Notes under the pieces: model-generated | Database searches by the model: none | The model's input: the letters and a program-made list of their open reading frames with translations, nothing else | What the model was told of the DNA's origin: nothing | Shown here: positions 50,942-61,200 of the stretch, piece by piece | Position numbering within the stretch: position 1 is the first letter of the stretch | How the letters are laid out: every line of letters begins with the position of its first letter | Made by a program: the position numbers and the translations under genes | NCBI GenBank assembly: GCA_965140415.1 | Contig: OZ223209.1 | Coordinates: 3,520,001 to 3,584,000, forward strand | Direction of reading: 5' to 3' | Source: Myxococcota bacterium | Lineage (GTDB): Bacteria > Myxococcota_A > SURF-8 | Length of the DNA: 64,000 nucleotides

Positions 50942-52720
50942 TCATAAAACAGAGTTTCGCTCCGTAGAATTCCGTATCACATCCTGAAGTTGCACTCGGT
51001 CCACGTGAATGCATTGCGTCGGACAAACGTTCACACATAAACCGCAACGGATGCAAGATTCCGAAAAGATCTTGATATCCTCCCATTTCTTTTTCCAGAA
51101 AGCCAGCCTGGACCAGAAACCACCGCCCTGCGCTTCTTCGTTATTTAAATTCTGATCGAATGGCATATGGCTCATTTCAATGCAATGAGTCGGGCAGAGA
51201 TCCACACAACGCTCGCAGAATACACAATCCTTTACTTCGATTTCAAACAACAGATTGCAAAGATAACAACGCTTCGTTTCTACTTCTACATCCGCTTTTG
51301 CATATCCGGTTTCAACTTCCCTTGCGATATCGCCATAGCGTTGTCGATCATCCATCATCGGCATGGCCACACGCGGGATCTCGTCCCAATCCTGTTCTCG
51401 ATGCGTATTGGATGCAGTCTTTCTTAAAAGTTGGCGTTGCAGGCGTCGTTCGCCCATTAAAAAGGCGTCGACTTCTTCCGCAACGCGCCGCCCGTGTCCC
51501 ACAGCCTGAATGACATTTGCCGGTCCTGTAGCGAGATCACCGGTCGCAAATAACCAGGGTAGCTCTGAGCGGCCATCACGATCGAATGCAGGCAGCTTTT
51601 TAAGCAGGCCCGGCTCCGCCCGCTGACCGATCGCAATCAATACGCTGTCCGCCTGTAGTTCAACCACATTATCATTGGACTGCGCCGTGCGACGCCCATC
51701 CACAGTGACGATATCCGTTTGGCGGCAATGCAGCAACAGACCGGAACTCCCAGCTTCGATTCGCTGCGGTTGCAGGCGTTCGAGAATGTCGACCTTTTCT
51801 AGCCGAGTTTCTTCGATATCATCCTGCCGGACCGGCATATCGACGATTTCCCGTCGCAAGACCATCTGAACCGAAGTTGCCCCCAACCTCCTCGCCATCC
51901 GGGCGCAATCGATTGCCGTAAACCCGCCACCGATTACCAATACGCGCTTCCCGATATCCGTTCGCTCGCCTTGATTGCAGCGCAATAAGAACTTCAGCCC
52001 GTAATGCACGCCGGGTAGTTTCAGACCATCGATATTCAATTCTTTGGAACTCTGGCATCCAAACGCCAGAATAACGGCATCATGGTTTTGCTGCAATTGC
52101 TCAAGTTGCAGATTCTCACCAAACCTATTCCCGAATTGGCGTTCGATACCAGCGTGCAGAATGGAATCGATTTCTGAATCGGCCACAGAAAGTGGCAGGC
52201 GAAACGCAGGAATGGCACGGGTAATCATTCCTCCGGCTTTATCTTGTGCTTCATACACAACGACGTCATGTCCTAGCTTCCACAACCAATGCGCGGCGGC
52301 TATCCCTGCCGGTCCCGCACCGACGATACCCACCGATTTCCCCGTTTCACTTGTAAGGCGTACCGGTTCGACTTTATTTGTATCAGTGAAATCCGCTGCC
52401 GCCCGTTTGAGATGGCAGATCGCTACCGGCTCTCCTAAGCCTTCAAGACCGTGGCGGCAGGCGTTTTCGCAAGGCCGCGTACAAATCCGGCCCAGAATTC
52501 CGGCAAAGAGATTATCCCGAGCGTTGACTCGATGACTCTCATCGAAATCACCATGGTACGCCGCAAGAATGTATGCTGGAATGTCGGTCATGGCAGGACA
52601 AGCCCATTGGCAGGGAACATTCTGTTTTAGAAATTCGAGCGGTAATCCAGCAGGCTTCGTCCGATCCGAGTCTGTCACTACCAAAACAGGTTCGCTTGCC
52701 GCCCTATTCTCTTGCGTCAT
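50942..52720 (-). CDS. FAD/NAD(P)-dependent oxidoreductase (GltD-like) with C-terminal 2x[4Fe-4S]
   Basis: PCQWACP, GRICTRPCE, VGAGPAG, IGGGFTAID and two CxxCxxCxxxCP motifs. Confidence 0.9.
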   Translation of the reverse strand: MTQENRAASEPVLVVTDSDRTKPAGLPLEFLKQNVPCQWACPAMTDIPAYILAAYHGDFDESHRVNARDNLFAGILGRICTRPCENACRHGLEGLGEPVAICHLKRAAADFTDTNKVEPVRLTSETGKSVGIVGAGPAGIAAAHWLWKLGHDVVVYEAQDKAGGMITRAIPAFRLPLSVADSEIDSILHAGIERQFGNRFGENLQLEQLQQNHDAVILAFGCQSSKELNIDGLKLPGVHYGLKFLLRCNQGERTDIGKRVLVIGGGFTAIDCARMARRLGATSVQMVLRREIVDMPVRQDDIEETRLEKVDILERLQPQRIEAGSSGLLLHCRQTDIVTVDGRRTAQSNDNVVELQADSVLIAIGQRAEPGLLKKLPAFDRDGRSELPWLFATGDLATGPANVIQAVGHGRRVAEEVDAFLMGERRLQRQLLRKTASNTHREQDWDEIPRVAMPMMDDRQRYGDIAREVETGYAKADVEVETKRCYLCNLLFEIEVKDCVFCERCVDLCPTHCIEMSHMPFDQNLNNEEAQGGGFWSRLAFWKKKWEDIKIFSESCIRCGLCVNVCPTQCIHVDRVQLQDVIRNSTERNSVL

Positions 52721-52984
52721 GCCACCAAGTTTCCTTCCCACCATTCTGGTTCATTCGAGATTACTACTGTAATTGGAACACTTTTAACCTCTCAGAAGCA
52801 CAGAGGATTGTCAATGCTAATGCTGGGTGGCAAACATTTTCTCGTCCCTGCAGTTTTCGTTTCGCAGGCAATTGTCGGGCTTGATTTGCAGGCGGAACAA
52901 TGCTAGCTTTTTCTCGTCTCTTACACGATGCTTAACAGAGTTTCGTGAAACGATTTGCCACTCCGTTTAATTGGAGGAAACCTC

Positions 52985-55084
52985 ATGCTGATCGACAAAC
53001 ACCTGCCCTGGTTACTAATGCTCCTTCTCTCCTTCTCGATTGCCGCCTGTTCGACCGGTGGCGGCGATGACGACCCGGATGGCGATATCGACAGCGAGAC
53101 GCAAACGGAAACACCAACTCCCGAATGTCTGAAAGGTCAAACCGGCTGCAACGACACCTGGCGCACAATCTGTCAAGACGGGCAATTCGTCGCGATTGAA
53201 AATTGTGCAACAGAGGGCATGATCTGCCGCGACGGCTACTGCATCGAGCCGGATTCTTCCGATGGAGACGACGATTCTTTTGACTTAGAAGATGACACAG
53301 CCGAAATCGAACTCGCCGATGGCGATAGTGAGTCGGATTCTCTTGTAGATGGCGATCTTGACGTAGAAGAAGCCCCTGAAATTGAAGAGGAAGCAGATTT
53401 CATCATCGATGGCGATGCGGAACCCGATCTTCCGGTTCCGGATTGCCAGCCCGGTCCCTGCTGCGATAATGGTCAGTGGGTTGAAACAGGTCAGCCTTGT
53501 GTTTCGGGAGCAGACGAACTGGACTGCACACTGGACAGTTGCAACGAATTTCACCTTTGCGATCATATACTTGACGACGATGCCTGCCTGATTCAGGACG
53601 CCTGCTACGATTCACAAGCGCCTCATCCCACCAATTCTTGTTTGTACTGTAATCCGGCGATTGGTCAGACGACCTGGACCTTCGTGACCGACGGACAGGA
53701 CTGCGACGACCTGAATTCCGAAACTCAGAACGATCAGTGTAATAACGGTCAATGCCTGGGTGAAGGTTGTACTTGCTCCGGCGTCGATTTATGCTGCGAT
53801 GGTTGCCAACCACAGAACGAAAACGCCGCGTGCGAAGACACTTTCTATTGCACCATCGGCACAACATGTCAGTCGGGAGTTTGTACTGGTGGCAGCGAAC
53901 GCGATTGCTCCTCTGTCGTCACCAATCCCACTTGCCAGCAGGCAGCCTGTAACAATGCGCTTTCTCGCTGCGAAGCTCGTCCGGCAAACCAACAGGGCGA
54001 ATGCAACGACGACCTTGCCTGCACCCATACGGATATCTGCCTTGACGGTGCCTGTTACGGTACGCCTTACACGTGCAACGACAATAGCTCGTGTACAATC
54101 GATACATGCAACAGCGATGGAAGCTGCGATTATGATGATATTCCGAACGATTGCGGAGAACGGGAATGTGGTCCATCTACATCCGGCTGCTATTCCTGCG
54201 GCATCTGTGGCGATCAGCAGGAGTGCAACGAACTGGGCGAATGCATCGATTTGCCTGATGGTGACAGCACGGACGGAGACACCCCGGATGGCGATGCAAG
54301 TGACGGAGATGTAGCAGATGGAGACATGATCGACGGTGATGCACCAGATGGTGACATGGAGTTGTCTTTCGCAACATATCGCATCCACTATTACTCCGGC
54401 TGGACACAACCCTACCTCTATCACAGCATGGATGGCGATACGGGTTCGCCATCTATCTGGACTGCATTCCCTGGAGTAACAATGCAATCCGAGAGTACCT
54501 CCCTCTGGTGGATGGTTGATGTCGAAATCCCTGAACCTTACTCGCTTGTGTTTCTATTCAACGACGGAAACGGAACGAGCGTAGAAGATTCAAATGTGGA
54601 CTGGCATCATCCTTACGAATGCCCGACCTGCAACTTCGAAACGGAATCACTGGAAGTCTGGATCAAAGACGGCTTGATGACGGATTATCCCCCCGTGGAA
54701 CCGGACGGCGACCTCGATGTCGTCGAAATCGAACCGGAGCCCACTGGTAGCGACTACCGTGTCCATCTTTATTCGGGCTGGACGGAAGCCTATCTCTATC
54801 ACAGCTATGACGGAAACACCTCCCAAGATCCTTGGACGCCCTTCCCCGGTGTGAGCATGACCTTTGAAAATCGCGATCAATGGTGGGTAACGGATGTACA
54901 TCTCGAAGATGAAGCCGCCCTCGTTTTTGTATTCAATAATGGAGATGGCGTAAATGCCGCTGATCCAAACGTCCAGTGGCACCAACCCTATGGTTGCTCA
55001 AGCTGCAATTTCAGCACGACAGCAGCAGAAGTTTGGGTAAAAGATGGAATTCTGACGGAAACTGTCGCACCGGAGGGGTATTAG
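52985..55084 (+). CDS. Lipoprotein: DGD linkers, Cys-rich repeats, two starch-binding (CBM26-like) modules
   Basis: IAA-C lipobox; CxDxxxCTxDxC repeats; duplicated YSGWT--YLYHS...WT-FPGV-M...WW...LVF-FN-G...EVW-KDG. Confidence 0.75.
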   Translation: MLIDKHLPWLLMLLLSFSIAACSTGGGDDDPDGDIDSETQTETPTPECLKGQTGCNDTWRTICQDGQFVAIENCATEGMICRDGYCIEPDSSDGDDDSFDLEDDTAEIELADGDSESDSLVDGDLDVEEAPEIEEEADFIIDGDAEPDLPVPDCQPGPCCDNGQWVETGQPCVSGADELDCTLDSCNEFHLCDHILDDDACLIQDACYDSQAPHPTNSCLYCNPAIGQTTWTFVTDGQDCDDLNSETQNDQCNNGQCLGEGCTCSGVDLCCDGCQPQNENAACEDTFYCTIGTTCQSGVCTGGSERDCSSVVTNPTCQQAACNNALSRCEARPANQQGECNDDLACTHTDICLDGACYGTPYTCNDNSSCTIDTCNSDGSCDYDDIPNDCGERECGPSTSGCYSCGICGDQQECNELGECIDLPDGDSTDGDTPDGDASDGDVADGDMIDGDAPDGDMELSFATYRIHYYSGWTQPYLYHSMDGDTGSPSIWTAFPGVTMQSESTSLWWMVDVEIPEPYSLVFLFNDGNGTSVEDSNVDWHHPYECPTCNFETESLEVWIKDGLMTDYPPVEPDGDLDVVEIEPEPTGSDYRVHLYSGWTEAYLYHSYDGNTSQDPWTPFPGVSMTFENRDQWWVTDVHLEDEAALVFVFNNGDGVNAADPNVQWHQPYGCSSCNFSTTAAEVWVKDGILTETVAPEGY

Positions 55085-55097
55085 CAAACCGTTGTAA

Positions 55098-56051
55098 TCA
55101 ATTCGATTTCAGCACTTTAAGTCGTTCGACCAACGTAGTTAGCCGTTCATCCGCCGCATGAGTGCTTTCAAGGATGTTCGGCTCCAGACGTTCCTGCAAC
55201 ACAGCGGTCCAGTCGATCGAAGGTGCTTGAATAAGCTCGTCAACAGCTTCTATCCGCATGACATTCCCAAGGGAATACTTTTTCTTATCTCCCTTGAACA
55301 TCTGTGTAATTACCAGATCGTTATTGTAAATCTCACCGTCCCAATCCACCACGAATTCATCTAGATGCAAAGGTTGTGAGTTTTGGCGGGATAGATTTAC
55401 CAGTTCCAGTTCGACATCTTTTTGCCAAGCGCGATCGAAAAGAGCCGCAACCTGCTGAAACGCAAGGGAAAGCGCTTCTAATTGAGAACTTGACCATAAA
55501 ACGTAATAAGCAGGAAGCAAATTGAAGCGACGAAATCCCTGCCGCAATAAGCTGCGCAACCGTTCCGGTAACAGATCTGCCGTTTCCGGAGGTATAACCA
55601 GATTGACGATCACCGGGCGAACGAAGCGCGCCAATCGGCGCGACCAGGCTTCGAACCAATCCAACATAACGCAGGCATTACTATCCGGCACACGATACGC
55701 TTTGCCGCCCTGTTGCATGCAATCCAAGCTGATGACCAGTTCGATTCGCTCATCCTGCTCCAAGGTATCCAGGATTTGTTCGGACAGGCGAACACCGTTT
55801 GTGGTTAAGCGAAATCGAATTCCAGCAGCAGAACTTTGCAAAAGGTTCTGCAAAGCTTGCCATTCACACAATGGCTCCGCACCGGAAAAGCGAACGCGCC
55901 CTTTGCCTTCCGGTAAAAAGATGGCCATTGCACGTTGTGCAATGGCCTCGCTCATTGAGTGATTGTCTTTTACGACGGGGCAGTAACTGCATCGCAAATC
56001 GCAATGAGTTCCCAGCACCAAAGAAAGCTTGGTCGCCCCATAAAGCTCCAT
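55098..56051 (-). CDS. Radical SAM protein, second maturase of the His-Xaa-Ser cluster
   Basis: HCDLRCSYC, FSGAEP, TTNG and ISLD; 14 bp downstream of the precursor gene. Confidence 0.85.
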   Translation of the reverse strand: MELYGATKLSLVLGTHCDLRCSYCPVVKDNHSMSEAIAQRAMAIFLPEGKGRVRFSGAEPLCEWQALQNLLQSSAAGIRFRLTTNGVRLSEQILDTLEQDERIELVISLDCMQQGGKAYRVPDSNACVMLDWFEAWSRRLARFVRPVIVNLVIPPETADLLPERLRSLLRQGFRRFNLLPAYYVLWSSSQLEALSLAFQQVAALFDRAWQKDVELELVNLSRQNSQPLHLDEFVVDWDGEIYNNDLVITQMFKGDKKKYSLGNVMRIEAVDELIQAPSIDWTAVLQERLEPNILESTHAADERLTTLVERLKVLKSN

Positions 56052-56065
56052 GTCGCTAAGTAGTG

Positions 56066-56470
56066 CTACCAGCTACCATGCGAACCATGGGAAGCATGGG
56101 AAGCATGCGAGGCATGCGATCCGTGGGAAGCGTGGGAAGCATGGGAACCATGAGATCCGTGTGACCCATGAGAACCATGAGATCCGTGCGATCCGTGTGA
56201 ACCATGCGAGCAATGCTGGGCTAAAAGTTGCTCTTCCCCGCTCAGATCATGCAATTGTCCATCGGCGACATCTACGAAATCGTGATGAACGTCGGCGTGA
56301 TCCACATGATCGTTGGCTTCTGCTTCCTCGGAACTAAGAGTGTTTCCCAAAAGCAGGAGAGTCGTGGAAACGCTCAACGCCTGTTTTTTGGTGATCTTGC
56401 CTTCTTCCCCCTGAAGGAACATATCCAGCTTTTTCTTCATCATGGGGATTTTTCGTTTGGCGGAGCTCAT
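56066..56470 (-). CDS. hxsA: His-Xaa-Ser repeat precursor peptide (HxsA-like)
   Basis: 16 consecutive H-(C/G/A)-S triplets then W-stop; AGGAGG RBS; flanked by two radical SAM genes. Confidence 0.9.
   Translation of the reverse strand: MSSAKRKIPMMKKKLDMFLQGEEGKITKKQALSVSTTLLLLGNTLSSEEAEANDHVDHADVHHDFVDVADGQLHDLSGEEQLLAQHCSHGSHGSHGSHGSHGSHGSHGSHASHASHGSHASHASHASHGSHGSW
56072..56215. repeat. 9-bp coding repeat, 16 units (HxS)
   Basis: CAY-GGN/GCN-TCN units with varied synonymous codons. Confidence 0.9.
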
Positions 56471-56483
56471 ACATCAACCTCCT

Positions 56484-57965
56484 TTAATAAGGGTCGCATG
56501 CATCGACTTGTCGAATTTTCAGGGTTATCCAGCGACCGAAAATCTCGTTGATTTTCGGATCGTTTTTAGCAATATATTCAAATAAATGATCGAACATCGC
56601 CATAGCAACTTTGCACCGGTCGTTGTTCGGCATTTGACCGAAAATGTCTCCCTGTGTCGAGTAATTATAGATCGGACATACTCCACAGTAGGGCATGTAG
56701 GCGCACTCGGAACACAGCGGCAAACCATCTTGAATGGAAGCCATAACCAGCGAACGCACAGGCTCCGATTCCATCAGTTGTTGATAGGAATCTGTTTGAA
56801 CGTCACCCATCAGGAAAAGATCGTCGCCCATGTGGGCCATCATACGGCCTTCATCGCAGGTAAATACCTGGCCGTTATAATTGTAAGCAACTTGACCGAT
56901 ACCGGCACCGCAAGGAGAGCGCTGCTCCATATAGTTCGGATCCCGATCGGTCAGAATCTTGGTCAGATGAATCGAAGCTGCACGTTCGATCATCTCGACA
57001 CCATTCAGATTCAATTCGATGATGTAGTCAAAGGCTTTTTTGTAAAAGTCGATGAATTCATCGGCGGAATAACCTATCTTGTTCCAGGTTTTCTTGACGA
57101 AACCAAAGGGGTTCAACGACCGGAAATGAATCGATTTCAACCCTAGATCCACGTATTCGTCGATGATTTCCTTCCAGAGTGGCAGAGACTGGCGAGTGGT
57201 CGTCATCAGCGCATCGACATGGAAAGTGTCCGGATTAAAGCCACGCTTTAAGTATTCCACCTGGAATTTTCGAATCCAGTTCACGGTCTGATCGTAACTG
57301 GAATCGGCGGTGCAGATTCGATTGTGCTCGTGCAGATCCCTAGGACCATCCAGCGAAGTACACATGTAGACTTCGTGCTCGATCAGGTAAGCCATCTTCT
57401 CTTCGTCCATTAAACTGAGATTCGAGACGAGAGTAAACGCCAGATCCTTATTCGCCTGCTTATTCTTCTCCGTGGCATATTCCACCACGAACTTCAATAC
57501 ATCCCAGTTCGCCAGCGGCTCACCGCCCTGGAATTCGATATTGATCGCTTCATTGGTCGTTTCGAAAATCAGATCCACAACCTTACGTGCCGTTTCAATG
57601 GACATGTCAAATTCATGCTTGCCCATCGGCTCCCGACTTGCATGGCAATACTGGCAGGTGTAGTTGCAACGCAGGGTAATGATCATGATGTGCAACGTGG
57701 GACCGGCATCCAGATAATCGTAACGATATCGGTAGATTTCCGACATCCGGTTGACCATATCCCGATGCCGCATAAAATCCTGCCTGAGCAGGCGCTGATA
57801 CAATGCACTCCCTGATTCACTCGTACCGGAGAGCATCTGGTCGAATTCATCGTGAGTAAGCAGCAGAAAACGACCGATATCATTGGTAATCAATACTTGT
57901 TCACCAAGATTTCGGAAGCGGAAGAATCCCAGATTCGGGTTCAGTTTTTTAGGATTTACTACCAT
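56484..57965 (-). CDS. hxsB: His-Xaa-Ser system radical SAM/SPASM maturase HxsB
   Basis: FFRFR...VLITNDIG N-terminus, PTLHIMIITLRCNYTCQYCHAS, IEFQGGEPL, SPCGAGIGQ...TCDEGRM and CSECAYMPYCGVCP. Confidence 0.9.
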   Translation of the reverse strand: MVVNPKKLNPNLGFFRFRNLGEQVLITNDIGRFLLLTHDEFDQMLSGTSESGSALYQRLLRQDFMRHRDMVNRMSEIYRYRYDYLDAGPTLHIMIITLRCNYTCQYCHASREPMGKHEFDMSIETARKVVDLIFETTNEAINIEFQGGEPLANWDVLKFVVEYATEKNKQANKDLAFTLVSNLSLMDEEKMAYLIEHEVYMCTSLDGPRDLHEHNRICTADSSYDQTVNWIRKFQVEYLKRGFNPDTFHVDALMTTTRQSLPLWKEIIDEYVDLGLKSIHFRSLNPFGFVKKTWNKIGYSADEFIDFYKKAFDYIIELNLNGVEMIERAASIHLTKILTDRDPNYMEQRSPCGAGIGQVAYNYNGQVFTCDEGRMMAHMGDDLFLMGDVQTDSYQQLMESEPVRSLVMASIQDGLPLCSECAYMPYCGVCPIYNYSTQGDIFGQMPNNDRCKVAMAMFDHLFEYIAKNDPKINEIFGRWITLKIRQVDACDPY

Positions 57966-58174
57966 GACTTCTTCCTCGCAATCGTTGCATAAAGTGCATA
58001 ATTACCGAATTCATCGAGGATCGAAGCCTGCACGTCTTGATCTACCTGACTGAACTCAACCACATAATGGTTGCCGTCCAGCACCATGCTTGTTTCACAC
58101 AAATGATCGAAAGCCTTCACCGTATCCGAGATTCCAGCTTTACTGTAGATCTTCTTGTTTAAACGAAGCTCCAT
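57959..58174 (-). CDS. hxsD: HxsD-like small protein
   Basis: 71 aa with LNKKIYS...DEFGNYAL; overlaps the hxsB start by 7 bp. Confidence 0.8.
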   Translation of the reverse strand: MELRLNKKIYSKAGISDTVKAFDHLCETSMVLDGNHYVVEFSQVDQDVQASILDEFGNYALYATIARKKSW

Positions 58175-58251
58175 CTTTATCGCTTTCTATTGGCGTACTG
58201 CTTTTCGCTTCCCGCTCTCACCTGTTATGGCAGAAAATATCTACTCACTCA

Positions 58252-61200
58252 TCAGGGAGTCGAAGCAACGCCATTTGAAACCTGCAACTCATACGTTCCA
58301 CACGTTACCGTAGAACCGGAACGATATACTTTCACATAGAAAGTAAAGTTCTGCTCTTCGCAATCATTGACGCCAGTTGCACTGCTTGCAGGAGCATTAC
58401 AAGGGCATTGTCCCCGGCCCCAACTCGGGTCAGAGACGGTGGTCGGTGGCCACTGCGAATCCGTAGCGAAATTGTAGTTCGTGACACCACGCGCAACGCC
58501 TGGCGTTCCCGTACCGTCGCATACATCCGCGCTGTACTGGGAAGGACATCCTCCACGATAGACGTCAAAAGCGAACTGACCATTGGGATTATTCGTCAAC
58601 TTGACTTCCGCGTTGAATTCGTCACAACGATTCGCCCCGCTCTCAGGACCATCGATTGCCATAAATGTGAACCAGTCCACATCCGACTCCGGCGCAATTG
58701 TACCGGAAACCACCGCCAATTGCCCGTTATTATCCGTCAAGCGGTAGGGCTCGGATTGAGCGGCGTTATTACAGGTATTGCCTTGACCGTCCTGGTCGTT
58801 CTGATCTTCCAGGCATTCGCAGCCATCATCGTATTCGCCATTGAGATCATGGTAATAGGTCGAACACGAACTGATTTTACATTCCCCTTGATCACAAATA
58901 GGTGTTCCGTTGGCGACCGTACAAACGACACCACAACCACCACAGTTGTTGATGTCATCGCAATCCGTACAGAAATCCTCATCCCGGACACCATCGCAGT
59001 CATTATCCAGGTTGTCACAAATTTCCGGAGAACCATCATACTCGGACCCAAAAAGATCGGTCGAACAGCGCGAAGAACTGGAAGAAGCACATTCAATCAC
59101 GCCCGGGCCACACTCACCGACACCGTCGCAGTTATTGCCAACATTGAAATCTTCGTCGGTGCTTCCATCACAATCGTTATCTAAACTGTCACAGCTCTCC
59201 GACGTGCCACCGTACTGCGAGCCACCGTAATCAGTGGAGCAACGATTGGCCGACAGGTTCTTACATTCGTAGATACCGCTACCACATTCACCTTGTCCAA
59301 CACACGGCAAACCAATGTAATAGTCTTCATCGGTCTGACCGTCACAGTCATTATCTAAACTATCGCAACGCTCCGACGTTCCACCGTATTGCGAACCACC
59401 GAAATCGGTTGAACAACGCCATGAATTCACGTCGGCACATTCTTTGACACCGAGACCACAGACGCCCTGGCCCACACAAGGTAAACCAACATCCCAGTTT
59501 TCATCCGTCTCACCATCGCAGTCATTATCCAGGTTGTCGCAAAGTTCTGCCGTACCTTGATAGTTGGAACCTCCAGAATTGACGGAACAAATACGTCCCT
59601 GTCCACCCGGCGCACATTCCCATTCACCGGTTCCGCATTCGCCGACACCGAGGCATTCCGAACCAATGAAGAAGTCTTCATCGGTCTCGCCATCGCAGTC
59701 ATTGTCCAAGCCATCACAGCTTTCCGGCACATATACGTAATCATCACCGTTGCGATCGGTGGAACAGATCGTGGTCAAATAGTTCTGAGGATCGCATTGC
59801 TTGACACCGATTCCACACTGGCCGACACCATTGCACTGTACACCAATATCGAAATCTTCATCGGTATTGCCATCGCAGTCGTCGTCTTCGTTGTTGCATA
59901 CCTCAACGCCACCGGTGAAGGAATCTCCACCTGGATCGGCTGAGCATTGAATCCACAACTCAGGAGCAACGATTTCCTGATGTGCATTGCCGTTCAAGCA
60001 CTGGAAATAGCCGTTATACTGGCTGCCGTTACCACACCCACCAGTACCGGTACAGGGATTACCCAAACACCCCACACAAGTACCAGGCGGTTCACCGGAC
60101 CCGTAAATAAAGAATTCTCCATTATCTACGGTACCATCGCAATCGTTGTCATAACCATCACAGATTTCCGGTCCACCGTTGTCATTGGCGTTACAGTAGC
60201 GGGAATATGGATCGTTGGGCATGCATCGCCATTCGCCCAGTCCGCATTCACCTTCCCCAAGGCAAATTTCGCCGATACTGAAATCTTCGTCCACTTCTCC
60301 ATCACAATCGTTATCCAGTCCGTCACACAAATCCGGTTGCGTCTGCGGAGCAGATCCACCCGGTTCCGTAGAACAAATCACACTGAACGGATCCAGACCA
60401 GAACATTCCCATTCGCCCCAACCGCATTCACCGGTTCCGTTACAAGGACGACCGACCAGGAAGTCTTCATCGGTCAAACCGTCACAATCGTTGTCGAAGC
60501 CGTCGCAGATCTCATAAGGCACTTGGTTTTCAGGTTGCGGACGGTGACAATAATAACCACAAGGCTGGGCAGGATCGATTGTGTACCAATCCTCATCGCA
60601 GTTCACACCCTCAGCCTTGAAGGCGACATACATGATCGAGTTATTGTTGTCGTTGGATTCCACCCGCAACACCAATTCCTGTTCGAAATCGTAATCATGG
60701 GGACAGAACGTAACCGTAAACTCGATTTTATCTTCGTTGTGATCATTGTAGTTTCTCAGATATGCCGGCATCTGAGGCCACCCTTCGATCTCCCAGTTTT
60801 CCGGAGGACCGGTAGTACGGTAGATCGAGTAACCATAGACTTCTAAAGTTCCTACACCATCGTTGGTGATTGTGACCAAATAGGGATCAGAGCAAGAGTT
60901 GATGAAAATCTCACCCAGATCACAAGGATTGGATTCAACACACAACGGGGTAACTTCGATACTCGGATTCACACCCAATCCGTACAAATCGAACTCGGCA
61001 TAGGAGTGATCATCTCTGAAGTCATTGGTGTTGATCCTGAAACTACCGGTATCTTCACCAGGCCAACCTACCGGACTGTAGGAAAGATCGATATTGGCAA
61101 AGCCTCCGGGTTGAATATCCGGAATCAATTGAGGGAAGAAAGAAAACTCGGTCGAACTACCCGGTCCCAACGTGAGGTTGGACACCTTACACTTGTAGGA

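Noticed and set aside
56050-56337. Plus-strand His-rich ORF
   Set aside because: Antisense by-product of the 9-bp repeat; the minus-strand gene has the RBS and operon context.
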